Source: an uncultured delta proteobacterium
GTDB taxonomy: Bacteria > Myxococcota > Kuafuiibacteriia > Kuafuiibacteriales > Kuafuiibacteriaceae
Length of the DNA: 64,000 bases
Reading direction: 5' to 3'
Assembly: GCA_963803435.1 (NCBI GenBank)
Contig: CAWDML010000001.1
Coordinates: 2,880,001 to 2,944,000, forward strand
The notes below the pieces were generated by a model that was not told where the DNA came from, searched no databases, and worked only from the letters and a program-made list of their open reading frames with translations. Positions 1-9,052 of this stretch are shown piece after piece; positions within the stretch are counted from its first letter, which is position 1, and the number at the start of each line of letters is the position of its first letter. The position numbers were made by a program, and so were the translations under genes.

Positions 1-92
1 CATGGCGAGCAGGATGGCACGCGCGGCCGGCACCAAACGTAAAAGCTTCGTCAAAAGCTGAATATCCATGGTAGGCGGCGCGTCCGGAACCC

Positions 93-800
93 ATGAGCAC
101 CGCCGCTGCCTCCCTCTTCACTCTCGCCCTGATTGCCGCCGCCCCCTCCGTCGCCCGGGCGGGAGACGTCTCCGGTACGTACGACGCCGTCCATCCCCAC
201 TGGCGCGACACCGTGACCATCAACGCCGACGGCACCTATCGCCGCGGCAACGGCGACTCCGGGCACTGGACGGTCGAAGGGGAGCTCCTGGTCCTCGGCT
301 GGTCGAACTGGCGCCCCGAGCTGCTGCAGCAGGTCGAGCCCGGGCGGTACGTCGCCAAGAACGGCTTCACCATCGTGAAGCGAGGCCGTCGCGACGAGCA
401 CGGTCGGCACGACGATCACGATCGCGGGCGGCACGACCGCCGGGTCGCCCCCAGAGATTGCGGTACGGGGCCCGACGATCCCGGCTGCGATCTGACCCGA
501 CGCGATCGCTCGCCGCTCGACCGGGGCGGGTTCGAGGGCGTGATGACGGCGCTCCGCGCCCAGTCCAACGAGCTGGTCCGCAAGGACACTGCGCTCACCA
601 TCCTCGACAAGAACCTGATCACGGCCCGCCAGTTCGGTCAGATCATCGCGCTGTTCAACAATGAGCTCACCCGGATGGACGTCGTCCGCGACCGCGCCTC
701 GCGGATGGTCGACCCGCAGAACGCGCTCGGGTTCGCGGCCACCTTCCACAACTCGTTCACGGCCAAGGACTATGTCGAGGTGGTCTCCGCGCTCCGGTAG
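93..800 (+). CDS. Secreted protein with a C-terminal DUF4476-like domain
   Basis: Signal peptide (MSTAAASLFTLALIAAAPSVARA), an R/D/H-rich linker, and a helical C-terminus (LITARQFGQIIALF...RMVDPQN) resembling DUF4476. Confidence 0.6.
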   Translation: MSTAAASLFTLALIAAAPSVARAGDVSGTYDAVHPHWRDTVTINADGTYRRGNGDSGHWTVEGELLVLGWSNWRPELLQQVEPGRYVAKNGFTIVKRGRRDEHGRHDDHDRGRHDRRVAPRDCGTGPDDPGCDLTRRDRSPLDRGGFEGVMTALRAQSNELVRKDTALTILDKNLITARQFGQIIALFNNELTRMDVVRDRASRMVDPQNALGFAATFHNSFTAKDYVEVVSALR

Positions 801-804
801 AGCC

Positions 805-1800
805 TCAGCGCTGGGGCTCGGACAGGCGGACCTTCCCGATCGGGAAGCTCGGCTTCTTGTTGGGATCGCAGCCAGGCCCGAAGCCGTCCGTGTCGAAGCG
901 ATGCACCAGGCGCCCCTCCCGATCGCCGGCGCTCGCGACCACCGTTAGCTCGTGCGTCCCGGCCCGGGCCGGGCTGCAGTACGACAGGAGATAGAACTTG
1001 TGTGCGGCGGCCTCGATGATGGCCGCCACCCGGTCGAACGCCGAGCCGACGCTGGAGATGTCCTGCGCGGTCACCACGCCCGCCGTGGCGATCCGCGAGA
1101 GCTGCCCCAGATCGACCTCCCCGCCGACGCCGATGACGAACACGTTCACCTTGGCCTGATCGAGCCGCTCGAGCATCGCCGCCTGCGAGACCCGGTGCGC
1201 CCGATCCGTGCCGTCGGTGAAGATGACCAGCGTCGCGAAGCGCACCGGCTGCTTGGAGCGCTCGAGCTCCCGCTCGAGCACGTCGATCGCGTTGACGATG
1301 GCGCCGTTGAGGTTGGTCGAGGGGTCCTTGGGCTTGAAGCCCGACAGGCGCTCCAGGCTCGACTTCACCGCCGCGCCGTTCGTGGTGAAGCCGACCAGCG
1401 GGATCAGCTCCGGACGCCCGTCGAACCCGGCCACCCCCACGTGGTGGAGCTGCGTCACCTTGTCCGCGAACGAGATCGCATTCTCCTGGAGAACCGGGAG
1501 CGAGCCCGACTCGACGATGCTCCCCGAGAGATCGAGCAGCAGCATCGTGTAGTGCACGACCGAAACCTCGGGGTTGAGGATCGTCTGCTTGCTCTCGTAT
1601 GGAGAGATCAGCTCCCCGTCCTCGTAGATCCGGAACGACTCCGCGGAGAGCGCCGGCACCGGCATCCCGTCGGACGTCTCCACGGAGAAGTAGAGCGCCA
1701 CGTTGCTGGGCTTCTGCACGCTCGCGCGATGGAGGCGGACATTGAGGCCGCTACAGGCGGAGAGCAGGATCAGCGCGACCAGGGAGGCACATCCTCGCAT
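805..1800 (-). CDS. VWA-domain lipoprotein
   Basis: Lipobox LSAC; MIDAS motif DLSGS followed by T and IFTDG. Confidence 0.8.
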   Translation of the reverse strand: MRGCASLVALILLSACSGLNVRLHRASVQKPSNVALYFSVETSDGMPVPALSAESFRIYEDGELISPYESKQTILNPEVSVVHYTMLLLDLSGSIVESGSLPVLQENAISFADKVTQLHHVGVAGFDGRPELIPLVGFTTNGAAVKSSLERLSGFKPKDPSTNLNGAIVNAIDVLERELERSKQPVRFATLVIFTDGTDRAHRVSQAAMLERLDQAKVNVFVIGVGGEVDLGQLSRIATAGVVTAQDISSVGSAFDRVAAIIEAAAHKFYLLSYCSPARAGTHELTVVASAGDREGRLVHRFDTDGFGPGCDPNKKPSFPIGKVRLSEPQR

Positions 1801-1833
1801 CCGCCTCTACGTCGCACGTCCCGGGGTGGGCCG

Positions 1834-1903
1834 CTAGGAGCGTGTAGCGCGTAAGCGCTCACGCGACCCCGGTCCGGGTCCCGGTCCCGGTCCGGGTCCC
1901 GAT
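1834..1903. repeat. Left inverted repeat with internal CCGGTC/GGTCCC-type tandem units
   Basis: Direct comparison with the reverse complement of 2696-2764. Confidence 0.9.
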
Positions 1904-1923
1904 CTGAAGATGGCTGCCTTGAG

Positions 1924-2300
1924 TCAGACGCTCGCGACGGTCGCGAGCTTCGATCGGTAGAGCTTGAGCAGGTTGTGGTGAGGCAGACGAGCGTCCCCTC
2001 GGCTCGTACCTTGAAGAAGGAGCGGAGCGAGAACCGGCGGAATCCTCGTGCCGCTTTGATCTGTCCGAGCGCCGGTTCGACGGACGAGGTGTTGCTGATC
2101 AGGTGCCTGGTTGCTGACCCCTTCGGCGACAATCACCTGAGCGTGCTCGCGTTCGCCTGCACCTTCGAGCCATCGAGTGCGACGTGTCCGAGCCGCACCA
2201 AACCTGCTTTTTGGCAAAGCTTCAGGACTTCGAGGAAGAGCGCTTTCAGTGCCTCCAGGTGGACGAGCCGAAACTCGTTGATCGTCGTGAAGTGGGGATG
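1924..2300 (-). pseudogene. Internally deleted IS1182-family transposase remnant
   Basis: Fragments in different frames: HPHFTTINEFRLVHLEALKALFLEVLKLCQKAGLVRLGHVALDGSKVQANAS; AQVIVAEGVSNQAPD; VEPALGQIKAARGFRRFSLR...HNLLKLYR. These match IS1182 N-terminal, middle and C-terminal motifs. Confidence 0.85.
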
Positions 2301-2321
2301 ACTTTCTCCAAGCTAGCTTGC

Positions 2322-2690
2322 ATGGTCACTTTCGATCACGAGAAGCTCGAGGTCTACCAGCTCGCCGTCGAGTAGGCCGACATCGCTGAAGAGATCGCAC
2401 AAGAACTGCAGCCCGGTCACGCTCACGTCCGCGATCAGCTTCGGCGGGCATCCGATTCCATCGTGAACTACACCGCCGAGGGCGCCGGAGAGTTCAATCC
2501 ACCTGAGAAGGCTCGCTTCTACCGGATGGCACTTCGCTCTGGCACCGAAAGCGCCGCCTCACTCCACACCTGCTTGAGGCGCCGACTCCCCAACGAGCGG
2601 AAGGTCCAAGCCGCCAGAGCCAAGCTCAAGCGCGTTGTCGAGATGCTCACGCGCCTCATCAAGTCGATGAACGCACGCCGGGCTGCATGA
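2322..2690 (+). pseudogene. Four-helix-bundle protein (23S rRNA intervening-sequence protein/Avd-like family) with an in-frame TAG
   Basis: MVTFDHEKLEVYQLAVE*ADIAEEI...RDQLRRASDSIVNYTAEGAGE...KARFYRMALRSGTE...VEMLTRL. One frame throughout, interrupted by TAG at 2373-2375. Confidence 0.85.
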
Positions 2691-2695
2691 TCGCC

Positions 2696-2764
2696 ATCGG
2701 GACCGGAACCGGGACCGGGACCCGGACCGGGCTCGCGGTAGCGCTACGCGCTACACGCTCCTAG
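2696..2764. repeat. Right inverted repeat; its terminal CTAG contains the thiolase stop codon
   Basis: Reverse complement of 1834-1903. Confidence 0.9.
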
Positions 2765-4041
2765 ACCCGCTCCATCACCGCCGCCGCGCCCAGCCCGCCG
2801 GCCGCGCAGATCCCGAGCAGCGCCAGCTCCTCGTCCCGCTCCTGGAGCTCGTACGCCATCGTCGTCACCATGCGCGCTCCGGTCGCTGCGAATGGATGAC
2901 CGATCGCCACCGAGCCGCCGTGGACGTTCAGGCGCGCAGGATCGATCTCGCCAACCGGCGTGGTCCGGTTGAGCCGAGCCTCCGCGAACGCGCTGCTCGC
3001 CAGCATCTTGAGGACGGCGAGCACCTGCGCCGCGAACGCCTCGTGGAGGTCGACCAGCCCGATGTCGCCGAGCACCAGCCCGGCCCGCTCGAGCGCCTTC
3101 GGCATCGCCAGCGCCGGACCCATCAGGAGCTGATCCGCGGGATCGACGCCGACGTACGACCAGCTGCGGAACGCCGCCAGCGGCTTCATCCCCAGCGCCT
3201 TCGCCCGGTCCTCGCTCATCAGCAGCACCGCCGAGGCGCCGTCGGTGAGCGGGCTCGAGTTGCCGGCGGTGAGCGTCCCGTCCGCCGCGAACACGGGCTT
3301 CAGCTTGGAGAGCGCCTCGACGCTGGTGTCCTTGCGGACCAAGCCGTCGGTGTGGACCCACTTGCCCTCGGGCGTCTCCACCGAGGCCACCTCGCGCGTG
3401 AACCGACCCGAGGCGATGGCGGCCGCCGCCCGGTGGTGCGACCGGACCGCGAAGTCGTCCTGCGCCTCGCGAGAGATCCCGTTACGTCGCGCCATCTCCT
3501 CCGCCGCCTCGCCCATCACCTGGCCGGTGGTGCGCTCAGCGATCTTCGGCATCCTCGGCAGCACGTCCCGGAGCGGAGTGAGCTCGCCGAGCAGGCTGAA
3601 CAGATCGGCGGGCGTCGCCTTGCCGAACGCCACCGGCGCCAGGGCGTGCACGACCTTCTGCGGCAGCTTGATCTCCGCGTTGCTGGTCGAGTCCGAGCCG
3701 CCTGCGATCACCACGTCCGACTCGCCGCGCTCGATGGCGGCCGCCGCCAGCGTGACGGCCTGCAACCCGGTGGCGCAGGCGCGGGTCACGGTCATCGCCT
3801 CGGTCTCGGGGTGGAGCTTGAGATCGAGGACGATCTCGCGGCCCACGTTGGGCGCCATCCCCGGGAGAATCACGCCGCCCCAGATCACGCCGTCGATCTC
3901 GCGCTTGGGGACCTCGGTCCGCTCGAGGAGCGCCGCCACCGCCGCGTCGCCGAGCGCGATCGTATCCATCTTGGTGAACGGGCCGAAGGCCTTCACGAAG
4001 GGCGTCCGGATGCCCCCAACCACCACTGCTCTCTTCTTCAT
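2761..4041 (-). CDS. Acetyl-CoA C-acyltransferase (thiolase, FadA/FadI-like)
   Basis: RTPF; RACATG (catalytic Cys); NSSPLTDGA; HEAFA; GHPFAATG; CAAGG. Confidence 0.93.
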   Translation of the reverse strand: MKKRAVVVGGIRTPFVKAFGPFTKMDTIALGDAAVAALLERTEVPKREIDGVIWGGVILPGMAPNVGREIVLDLKLHPETEAMTVTRACATGLQAVTLAAAAIERGESDVVIAGGSDSTSNAEIKLPQKVVHALAPVAFGKATPADLFSLLGELTPLRDVLPRMPKIAERTTGQVMGEAAEEMARRNGISREAQDDFAVRSHHRAAAAIASGRFTREVASVETPEGKWVHTDGLVRKDTSVEALSKLKPVFAADGTLTAGNSSPLTDGASAVLLMSEDRAKALGMKPLAAFRSWSYVGVDPADQLLMGPALAMPKALERAGLVLGDIGLVDLHEAFAAQVLAVLKMLASSAFAEARLNRTTPVGEIDPARLNVHGGSVAIGHPFAATGARMVTTMAYELQERDEELALLGICAAGGLGAAAVMERV

Positions 4042-4042
4042 C

Positions 4043-5473
4043 TCATGCTCCGATCATCGCCCCGCCGCACACGCGGAGGACCTGCCCCGTCAGCCCCTGC
4101 GCGCCCGGGCCGGCCAAAAAGTCGATGGTGTTGGCCACGTCGATCGGCTGGCCGCCCTGTCCCAGGTTGTTCAAGCGCCGGCCCACCTCCCGGATCGCCA
4201 CCGGGATCACCGCCGTCAGTCGCGTCTCGATGAACCCGGGCGCCACCGCGTTGACCGTGATGCCGCGATTGGCCAGCAGCCTGGCGAAGTACTTCACCAG
4301 CCCGATGACGCCGGCCTTGGAGGCCGCGTAGTTCGTCTGCCCCATGTTGCCGCCGATGCCGGCCACCGACGACAGGCACACGATCCGACCCTCGTCACGC
4401 ATCAGGCCGCCCAGCAAGCGCTCGGTGATCCGCTGCACCGCGCTCAGGTTCACCGCGATCGTCTGATCCCACAGCTCGGGCGACATCTTCTTCAACGTCT
4501 TGTCCCGCGTGATGCCCGCGTTGTGGACGACGATGTCGACGCCGCCGTACTCCGCCTTCAAGAACTCAGCGATCTGATCGGCCGCCGTCGTCTCGCTCAC
4601 GTCGACCAGGAACAGGCCGCCGTGGATCTCCCGCGCGAGCTGGCTGGTGGGGCCGTCGTCCTGCGGCCGATCGAGGCAGACCACCCGCGCGCCTTGCGAC
4701 GCCAGCTGCCGCGCCGTGGCCGCGCCGATCCCTCGGGCTGCACCGGTGACCACCGCGATCTTGCCCTCGAGCGGCTCGGTCCAGCGCACGGGATGGGAGA
4801 GCGGCCGCGCCTGATCCGTCACGTTCAGCGGCTGGCCGGAGACGTACGCCGAGCGCTCGGAGAGCAGGAACCTGAGCGGCCCTGCGATCCGATCCTCGGC
4901 CTCCGGAGCGACGCGGAGGAGCTGCGCTGTCCCGCCCTGCTTGCCGATCTCCTTGGCCAGGCTGCGCACGAAGCCGTCGACGGCCGAGTTCGCTGCAGCC
5001 GCCTCAGAGGTCGACTCGTCGCCCGTCGGCCGCGCGACCACCACAATCCGCCCGCAGCGCTCGAGCCGCGGCACGGTCGCGTGGAAGAAGTCGTAGAGGT
5101 GCCGGAGGGAGCCCGAGGTCTTGACCTCGGTCGCGTCGAAGACCAGGCCGAAGAAACGGTCGGCACCCTCGAGATCGAGGTCCGCGGGCGGCCGCCCGAA
5201 CGCCTCCCCCGGCTTCTTGAACAGCTCCATGATCCCGGCGCGGCGCTCCACGTGCGGATCGGCGCCGGCCTCGGCGAGCGCCTGGGCCAGCCGGCCGGCA
5301 ATCCGGCTCTCCGGGGAGGTGTAGATGCCCACCGACCGATCCTTGAGCGGCCGCTCCCGCGCCGGGCCCTGATCGCGCGCCAGCTCCTGGGGCATCGGGA
5401 TGGGGAGGCCGAGGTTCTCGATGAATCGGCGCGCCCCTGGGTTCTTTGAGAGCTCGAGAAGAAAGTCGCTCAT
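4043..5473 (-). CDS. High-molecular-weight 3-oxoacyl-ACP/CoA reductase (FabG4-like SDR)
   Basis: Extra N-terminal domain plus an SDR domain with TGAARGIG, HNAGITRD and YAASK. Confidence 0.9.
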   Translation of the reverse strand: MSDFLLELSKNPGARRFIENLGLPIPMPQELARDQGPARERPLKDRSVGIYTSPESRIAGRLAQALAEAGADPHVERRAGIMELFKKPGEAFGRPPADLDLEGADRFFGLVFDATEVKTSGSLRHLYDFFHATVPRLERCGRIVVVARPTGDESTSEAAAANSAVDGFVRSLAKEIGKQGGTAQLLRVAPEAEDRIAGPLRFLLSERSAYVSGQPLNVTDQARPLSHPVRWTEPLEGKIAVVTGAARGIGAATARQLASQGARVVCLDRPQDDGPTSQLAREIHGGLFLVDVSETTAADQIAEFLKAEYGGVDIVVHNAGITRDKTLKKMSPELWDQTIAVNLSAVQRITERLLGGLMRDEGRIVCLSSVAGIGGNMGQTNYAASKAGVIGLVKYFARLLANRGITVNAVAPGFIETRLTAVIPVAIREVGRRLNNLGQGGQPIDVANTIDFLAGPGAQGLTGQVLRVCGGAMIGA

Positions 5474-6380
5474 GCGTCCGCTCCGTTTCCTCGCTTCAGT
5501 CCGTACGTCCCGACCAGGTAGGCCGGGCCGCCCGGGGCGTCTCCCACGAAGACGCCGTCGTTGTCGTCGACGTACAGGCCCACCTTGGCGGGCAAGAGCA
5601 GCGGCCGCGTGAACTTCACGTCCATCACGGCGATGCGCGTCCCCGGTGCGACCACCACGTTGTTCAGGCCCTCCATCGCCCGCGCCATGGTGGCGAAGCC
5701 GTGGAGGATCGTGCTCTTGAATCCGGAAGCCCGGGCGTACGCCGGGATCCAGTGGATCGGGTTGAAGTCGCCGGTGAGCTTGGCGAAGTCGAGCCCCGCG
5801 TCACGCCGGATGCGGCCGAACCAATCTCACGCGCGTGCAAGGGAACCTGCGGTTTGGCCTTCGGTTTCTCGCCGTCGCGCCGCTTCAGCGGGACGATCGC
5901 ATACAGGTGCGCCGTGAGCGCGTCGGGGGCGCTCGCAGTCGAGGTCACCAGCTCCTGGTGGAGCACCGCGCGGTAGCCGTCGTCGTCGATGTCGACCAGG
6001 CGGCCGCGAACCAGCAGCGGCTCGTCGATGGGCAGCGCCTTCGCGATCTCGAGGCGGCAGCCGCCGTTGACCACCTTCACCAGCGGGTACGGGATCCCTT
6101 CGAGCGTCTTCGACGCGATGGGGAACGTCCACTGCGGGAAGAGGTGGGGCGGCAAGGTCCGCTTGTATCGCGCCGGGTCGCCGCCGACGTTCTTCACGTA
6201 GTCCCGCACCAGGTCGCGGGGCCGGGGCGGCACCTGCGAAGTGATCTCGGCGCCCGGAAGCTCGAGCGCTTTCGCCACGCCGTTCAGGCCGATCTGCTCC
6301 TTCATCGCGGCCAGCGCCGCGCGACCGAGCGCGGCCAGCACCGGCCCTTGCTGAAGCACGTGCTTGTTCGAAACCGTCAT
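5470..6380 (-). CDS. MaoC-family double-hotdog dehydratase (frameshifted near 5821)
   Basis: The N-terminal ORF 5664-6380 continues in another frame with DFAKLTGDFNPIHW...ILHGFATMARA (hydratase-2 motif). Its stop overlaps the FabG start. Confidence 0.8.
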
Positions 6381-6382
6381 GT

Positions 6383-8308
6383 TCAGACCGCCTCTTTCTC
6401 ACGGACCTCGTCCTTGTCGGCGAGCTCGCCGAGCAAACGCTGTCCGGTCGTCGTGATCCGCTCATGCAGATATCGCGCCCGCGGCTCGGCGCGCTCGAGA
6501 TAACGCTCGAGGACCTCGACCCGTTCCGGATGCTTCTTTGCCTGCGCGAGCAGAAGCTCGCAGATGGCCTCGTCGACGAGCTGCCGGGTGAGTCGCTCGG
6601 CGTGCAACATCGCGTAGGCGAAGTCGCGCTTGGGATCCCAGTTCTTGAGGAAGCGCTCCGGCCACTCCGCCAGAGGCAGACCGCGCAGTGCGGAGAATTT
6701 GTCCGCGGCGGTCTTGGTGAGGAGGTGCTGCTGAGATGACAGCGACAGCGCCTGCAGCCTCGCCACGCGGCGCTCCAGCGGATCACGGGACGCGGTCGCC
6801 TTCCACTTCGCCTGGGCGATCCGCCGTGCGAAGCGCTGCGGGTTCCGGAGCGCGCCGGTCAGGGCGTCCTTCATGACCATCAGGGACTGGATCTGGCTGG
6901 TCCCCTCGTAGATCGGCATGACCATCGCGTCGCGGAGCAGCTTCTCGGCGCCGAACTCCTTCGTGTAGCCGACGCCGCCGTGGATCTGCACGCAGGTCCG
7001 GGCCAGCTCGACCGCCTTCTCGGCGGCCAGGTACTTGAGGAGCGGCGTGAGGCGACGGGCGGTGCGCCCGTGGCGCTTGTGCGATCGCTGGTGCTTCTCG
7101 ATCTCGTGGGGATCGCGCAGCACGCCCGCCTTGAGGAGCACCTCCTCCTTCTGTGCGATCTCCTGCTCGACCGCGCAGTGCACGCCGAGCGCCCGGATGC
7201 CCTCGATGTCGCTCCGCATCTCGTCGAGGTAGTCCGCGATCATCTCGTGGCGATCGATGGTCTTGCCCATCGACCTGCGCTCGCTCGCGTACGCCAGCGC
7301 CGCCCGGTAGGCCGCCTCGCAGAGGCCGAGGCTCTCGAAACCGACGCCGATCCGCGCGTTGTTCATCAGCGTCAGCATCAGCTTGAAGCCCTCGCCGCGC
7401 TTGCCCACGAGCTGCGCCGGCGAGCGATCGAACGTGATGGAGCAGGTGGCCGAGCCGTGGTGGCCCATCTTCTCCTCGATCCGATCGACGACCGCGTAGC
7501 GTTTGCGGGTGCCGTCCGGCAGATCGTCGTAGGTCTTCACCATGAACATCGAGAGCCCGCCCAGGCCGGAGAAGGGATCGTCGGGGTTGGCGGTCTTCTC
7601 GGTTCGCGCGATCACGAAGTGATACTTCCCGTGACCGGAGGTGATGAAGATCTTGTTGCCGGTGACGAACCAGTTGCCGGCCTCGTCCTGCTCGCCGACG
7701 GTCCGGAGCTGCGCCATGTCGCTGCCCGCGTTCGGCTCGGTGATGTCCATGGCGCCCCAGGCACGGCCGGAGCGCATCTCCTCAATCTCCTCGGGCCAGC
7801 GCGTCTTGGTGATGGCGCCGGTCTCGGGATCGAACTCGGTGCTGCCCTCGAAGAGCGAGTAGACCAGCATCGCCATGGCGATGCCGCCGTGGAAGCTGTG
7901 GTGCGCCATCACGGAGATGTCGGCGCGGCCGAACATCTCGTTGGCCAGGAGGAAGAGCGCGATCGGACAGTTCTGGCCGCCCAGCTCCCGCGGTAGGCAC
8001 ATCCCGTGGAGCTCGAGCGACGCGATGCCCTCGAAGATCGCGTCCATGCGGGGCCCGAACGAGGCCTCACCCTTCTCGAAGCGCACGCCCTCGCGGTCGA
8101 TCTGCTGCGTGTAGGGCGCCACCTCCTCGGCGACGAACTGGCCGATCACGCCGAGGATGTCCTTGTAGAACTCGAGCGCCTCTTCAGGGTTCTTGAACCC
8201 GTCGGGCGTGCGGTAGCCGAACTCGGTCAGCTCGACGAGCGGGGTCCAGTCGATGCCGCGATCGATGTAATATTGGAGGTCGGAATTGTCGGTGAAGAAG
8301 TTCGCCAT
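6383..8308 (-). CDS. Acyl-CoA dehydrogenase
   Basis: Start MANFFTDN overlaps the TetR stop (TAATG). Motifs MDITEPNAGSD, GNKIFIT, EEKMG, QIHGGVGY, IYEGTSQIQ. Confidence 0.93.
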   Translation of the reverse strand: MANFFTDNSDLQYYIDRGIDWTPLVELTEFGYRTPDGFKNPEEALEFYKDILGVIGQFVAEEVAPYTQQIDREGVRFEKGEASFGPRMDAIFEGIASLELHGMCLPRELGGQNCPIALFLLANEMFGRADISVMAHHSFHGGIAMAMLVYSLFEGSTEFDPETGAITKTRWPEEIEEMRSGRAWGAMDITEPNAGSDMAQLRTVGEQDEAGNWFVTGNKIFITSGHGKYHFVIARTEKTANPDDPFSGLGGLSMFMVKTYDDLPDGTRKRYAVVDRIEEKMGHHGSATCSITFDRSPAQLVGKRGEGFKLMLTLMNNARIGVGFESLGLCEAAYRAALAYASERRSMGKTIDRHEMIADYLDEMRSDIEGIRALGVHCAVEQEIAQKEEVLLKAGVLRDPHEIEKHQRSHKRHGRTARRLTPLLKYLAAEKAVELARTCVQIHGGVGYTKEFGAEKLLRDAMVMPIYEGTSQIQSLMVMKDALTGALRNPQRFARRIAQAKWKATASRDPLERRVARLQALSLSSQQHLLTKTAADKFSALRGLPLAEWPERFLKNWDPKRDFAYAMLHAERLTRQLVDEAICELLLAQAKKHPERVEVLERYLERAEPRARYLHERITTTGQRLLGELADKDEVREKEAV

Positions 8309-8943
8309 TAGTCGACTCCTTTGTCCTTCGCGCTCTGATGATCCAGATAGCTCTGTTCGAAGAGGCTGCTGCGCGTCATGCGAACGAGCTCGTCGATCGC
8401 GCGGCGCATGTGTTGTGGTCGGGTCCCCTTGATCAGCGCGCTCATGCACTCGCTGGTCGCGAGCACCGAGAGCGACATGCTCGCCACATGCAGGATGTAC
8501 GCCTCCGGATCGACGGTCGTCCGGATCTGCCCGCTCTCCTGTCCCTTCCGGATGTAGCCGGCGACCACCTCGACCCAAGGGCGTGCATAACCTTCGAGCG
8601 AAGCCTTCATCCCCTGCGGCCGATCGAGCAGCTCGCGCACGAGCAGCCGCGCGCGATCGGGATCGTCGGCGAAGAAGGACATCAGCTCGCGCATGACGCC
8701 GTCGAACTTCGCGAGCCCGGTCAGCGTCGAGGCCATCAGCAGCTTGGGAAGGATGTCGTTCCAGCGGGACAGCAGCTGATCGAGGACGGCCTTTCTCAGC
8801 TCTTCCTTGGACGAGAAGTGGTAGAGGACCGACGGCTTTCGCACGCCCACGGCGTCCGCCACCGCCTGCAGGGAGGTCCCGTCGAACCCGCGCCGGGCCA
8901 TCAGGCGGGTCGCCTCCAAGAGAATGGTGTCGCGGACCTCCAT
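8308..8943 (-). CDS. TetR/AcrR-family transcriptional regulator
   Basis: N-terminal HTH: GFDGTSLQAVADAVGVRKPSVLYHFSSKEEL. Confidence 0.93.
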   Translation of the reverse strand: MEVRDTILLEATRLMARRGFDGTSLQAVADAVGVRKPSVLYHFSSKEELRKAVLDQLLSRWNDILPKLLMASTLTGLAKFDGVMRELMSFFADDPDRARLLVRELLDRPQGMKASLEGYARPWVEVVAGYIRKGQESGQIRTTVDPEAYILHVASMSLSVLATSECMSALIKGTRPQHMRRAIDELVRMTRSSLFEQSYLDHQSAKDKGVD

Positions 8944-8973
8944 GACGTGCGTCTACCGAGTGATACCGATCTG

Positions 8974-8989
8974 TCTACCGATCGGTAGA
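8974..8989. promoter_or_regulatory. Perfect 16-bp palindrome TCTACCGATCGGTAGA, probable TetR operator
   Basis: Palindrome 31 bp upstream of the TetR start, in the divergent intergenic region. An extra half-site TCTACCGA lies at 8952-8959. Confidence 0.7.
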
Positions 8990-9052
8990 GACCGGTCAAG
9001 GAGAAAATGACGTGCTGCGTCGTGAGGTTCCAAGGCGTTAGAATGATTTGGG

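Larger units (their letters stand above)
1834..2764. mobile_element. Non-autonomous IS1182-derived element with ~70-bp terminal inverted repeats, CTAG at both ends, and a passenger gene
   Basis: 1834-1903 and 2696-2764 are reverse complements: the first 20 bp are perfect (CTAGGAGCGTGTAGCGCGTA), with 5 mismatches and 1 gap overall. Transposase fragments lie inside. Confidence 0.75.

Noticed and set aside
1868-1903. CRISPR array or standalone microsatellite
   Set aside because: Short 6-7-bp units without spacers, explained as part of the inverted repeats; no cas genes.
2322-2690. Diversity-generating retroelement, suggested by the Avd-like four-helix bundle
   Set aside because: No reverse transcriptase and no template/variable repeat pair was seen in the window.
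3245-5449. Long antisense or alternative-frame ORFs (e.g. 3245-5449, 17884-19911, 22995-25313, 57274-59370)
   Set aside because: Shadow ORFs expected in high-GC DNA; they overlap well-supported genes and show no recognisable motifs.
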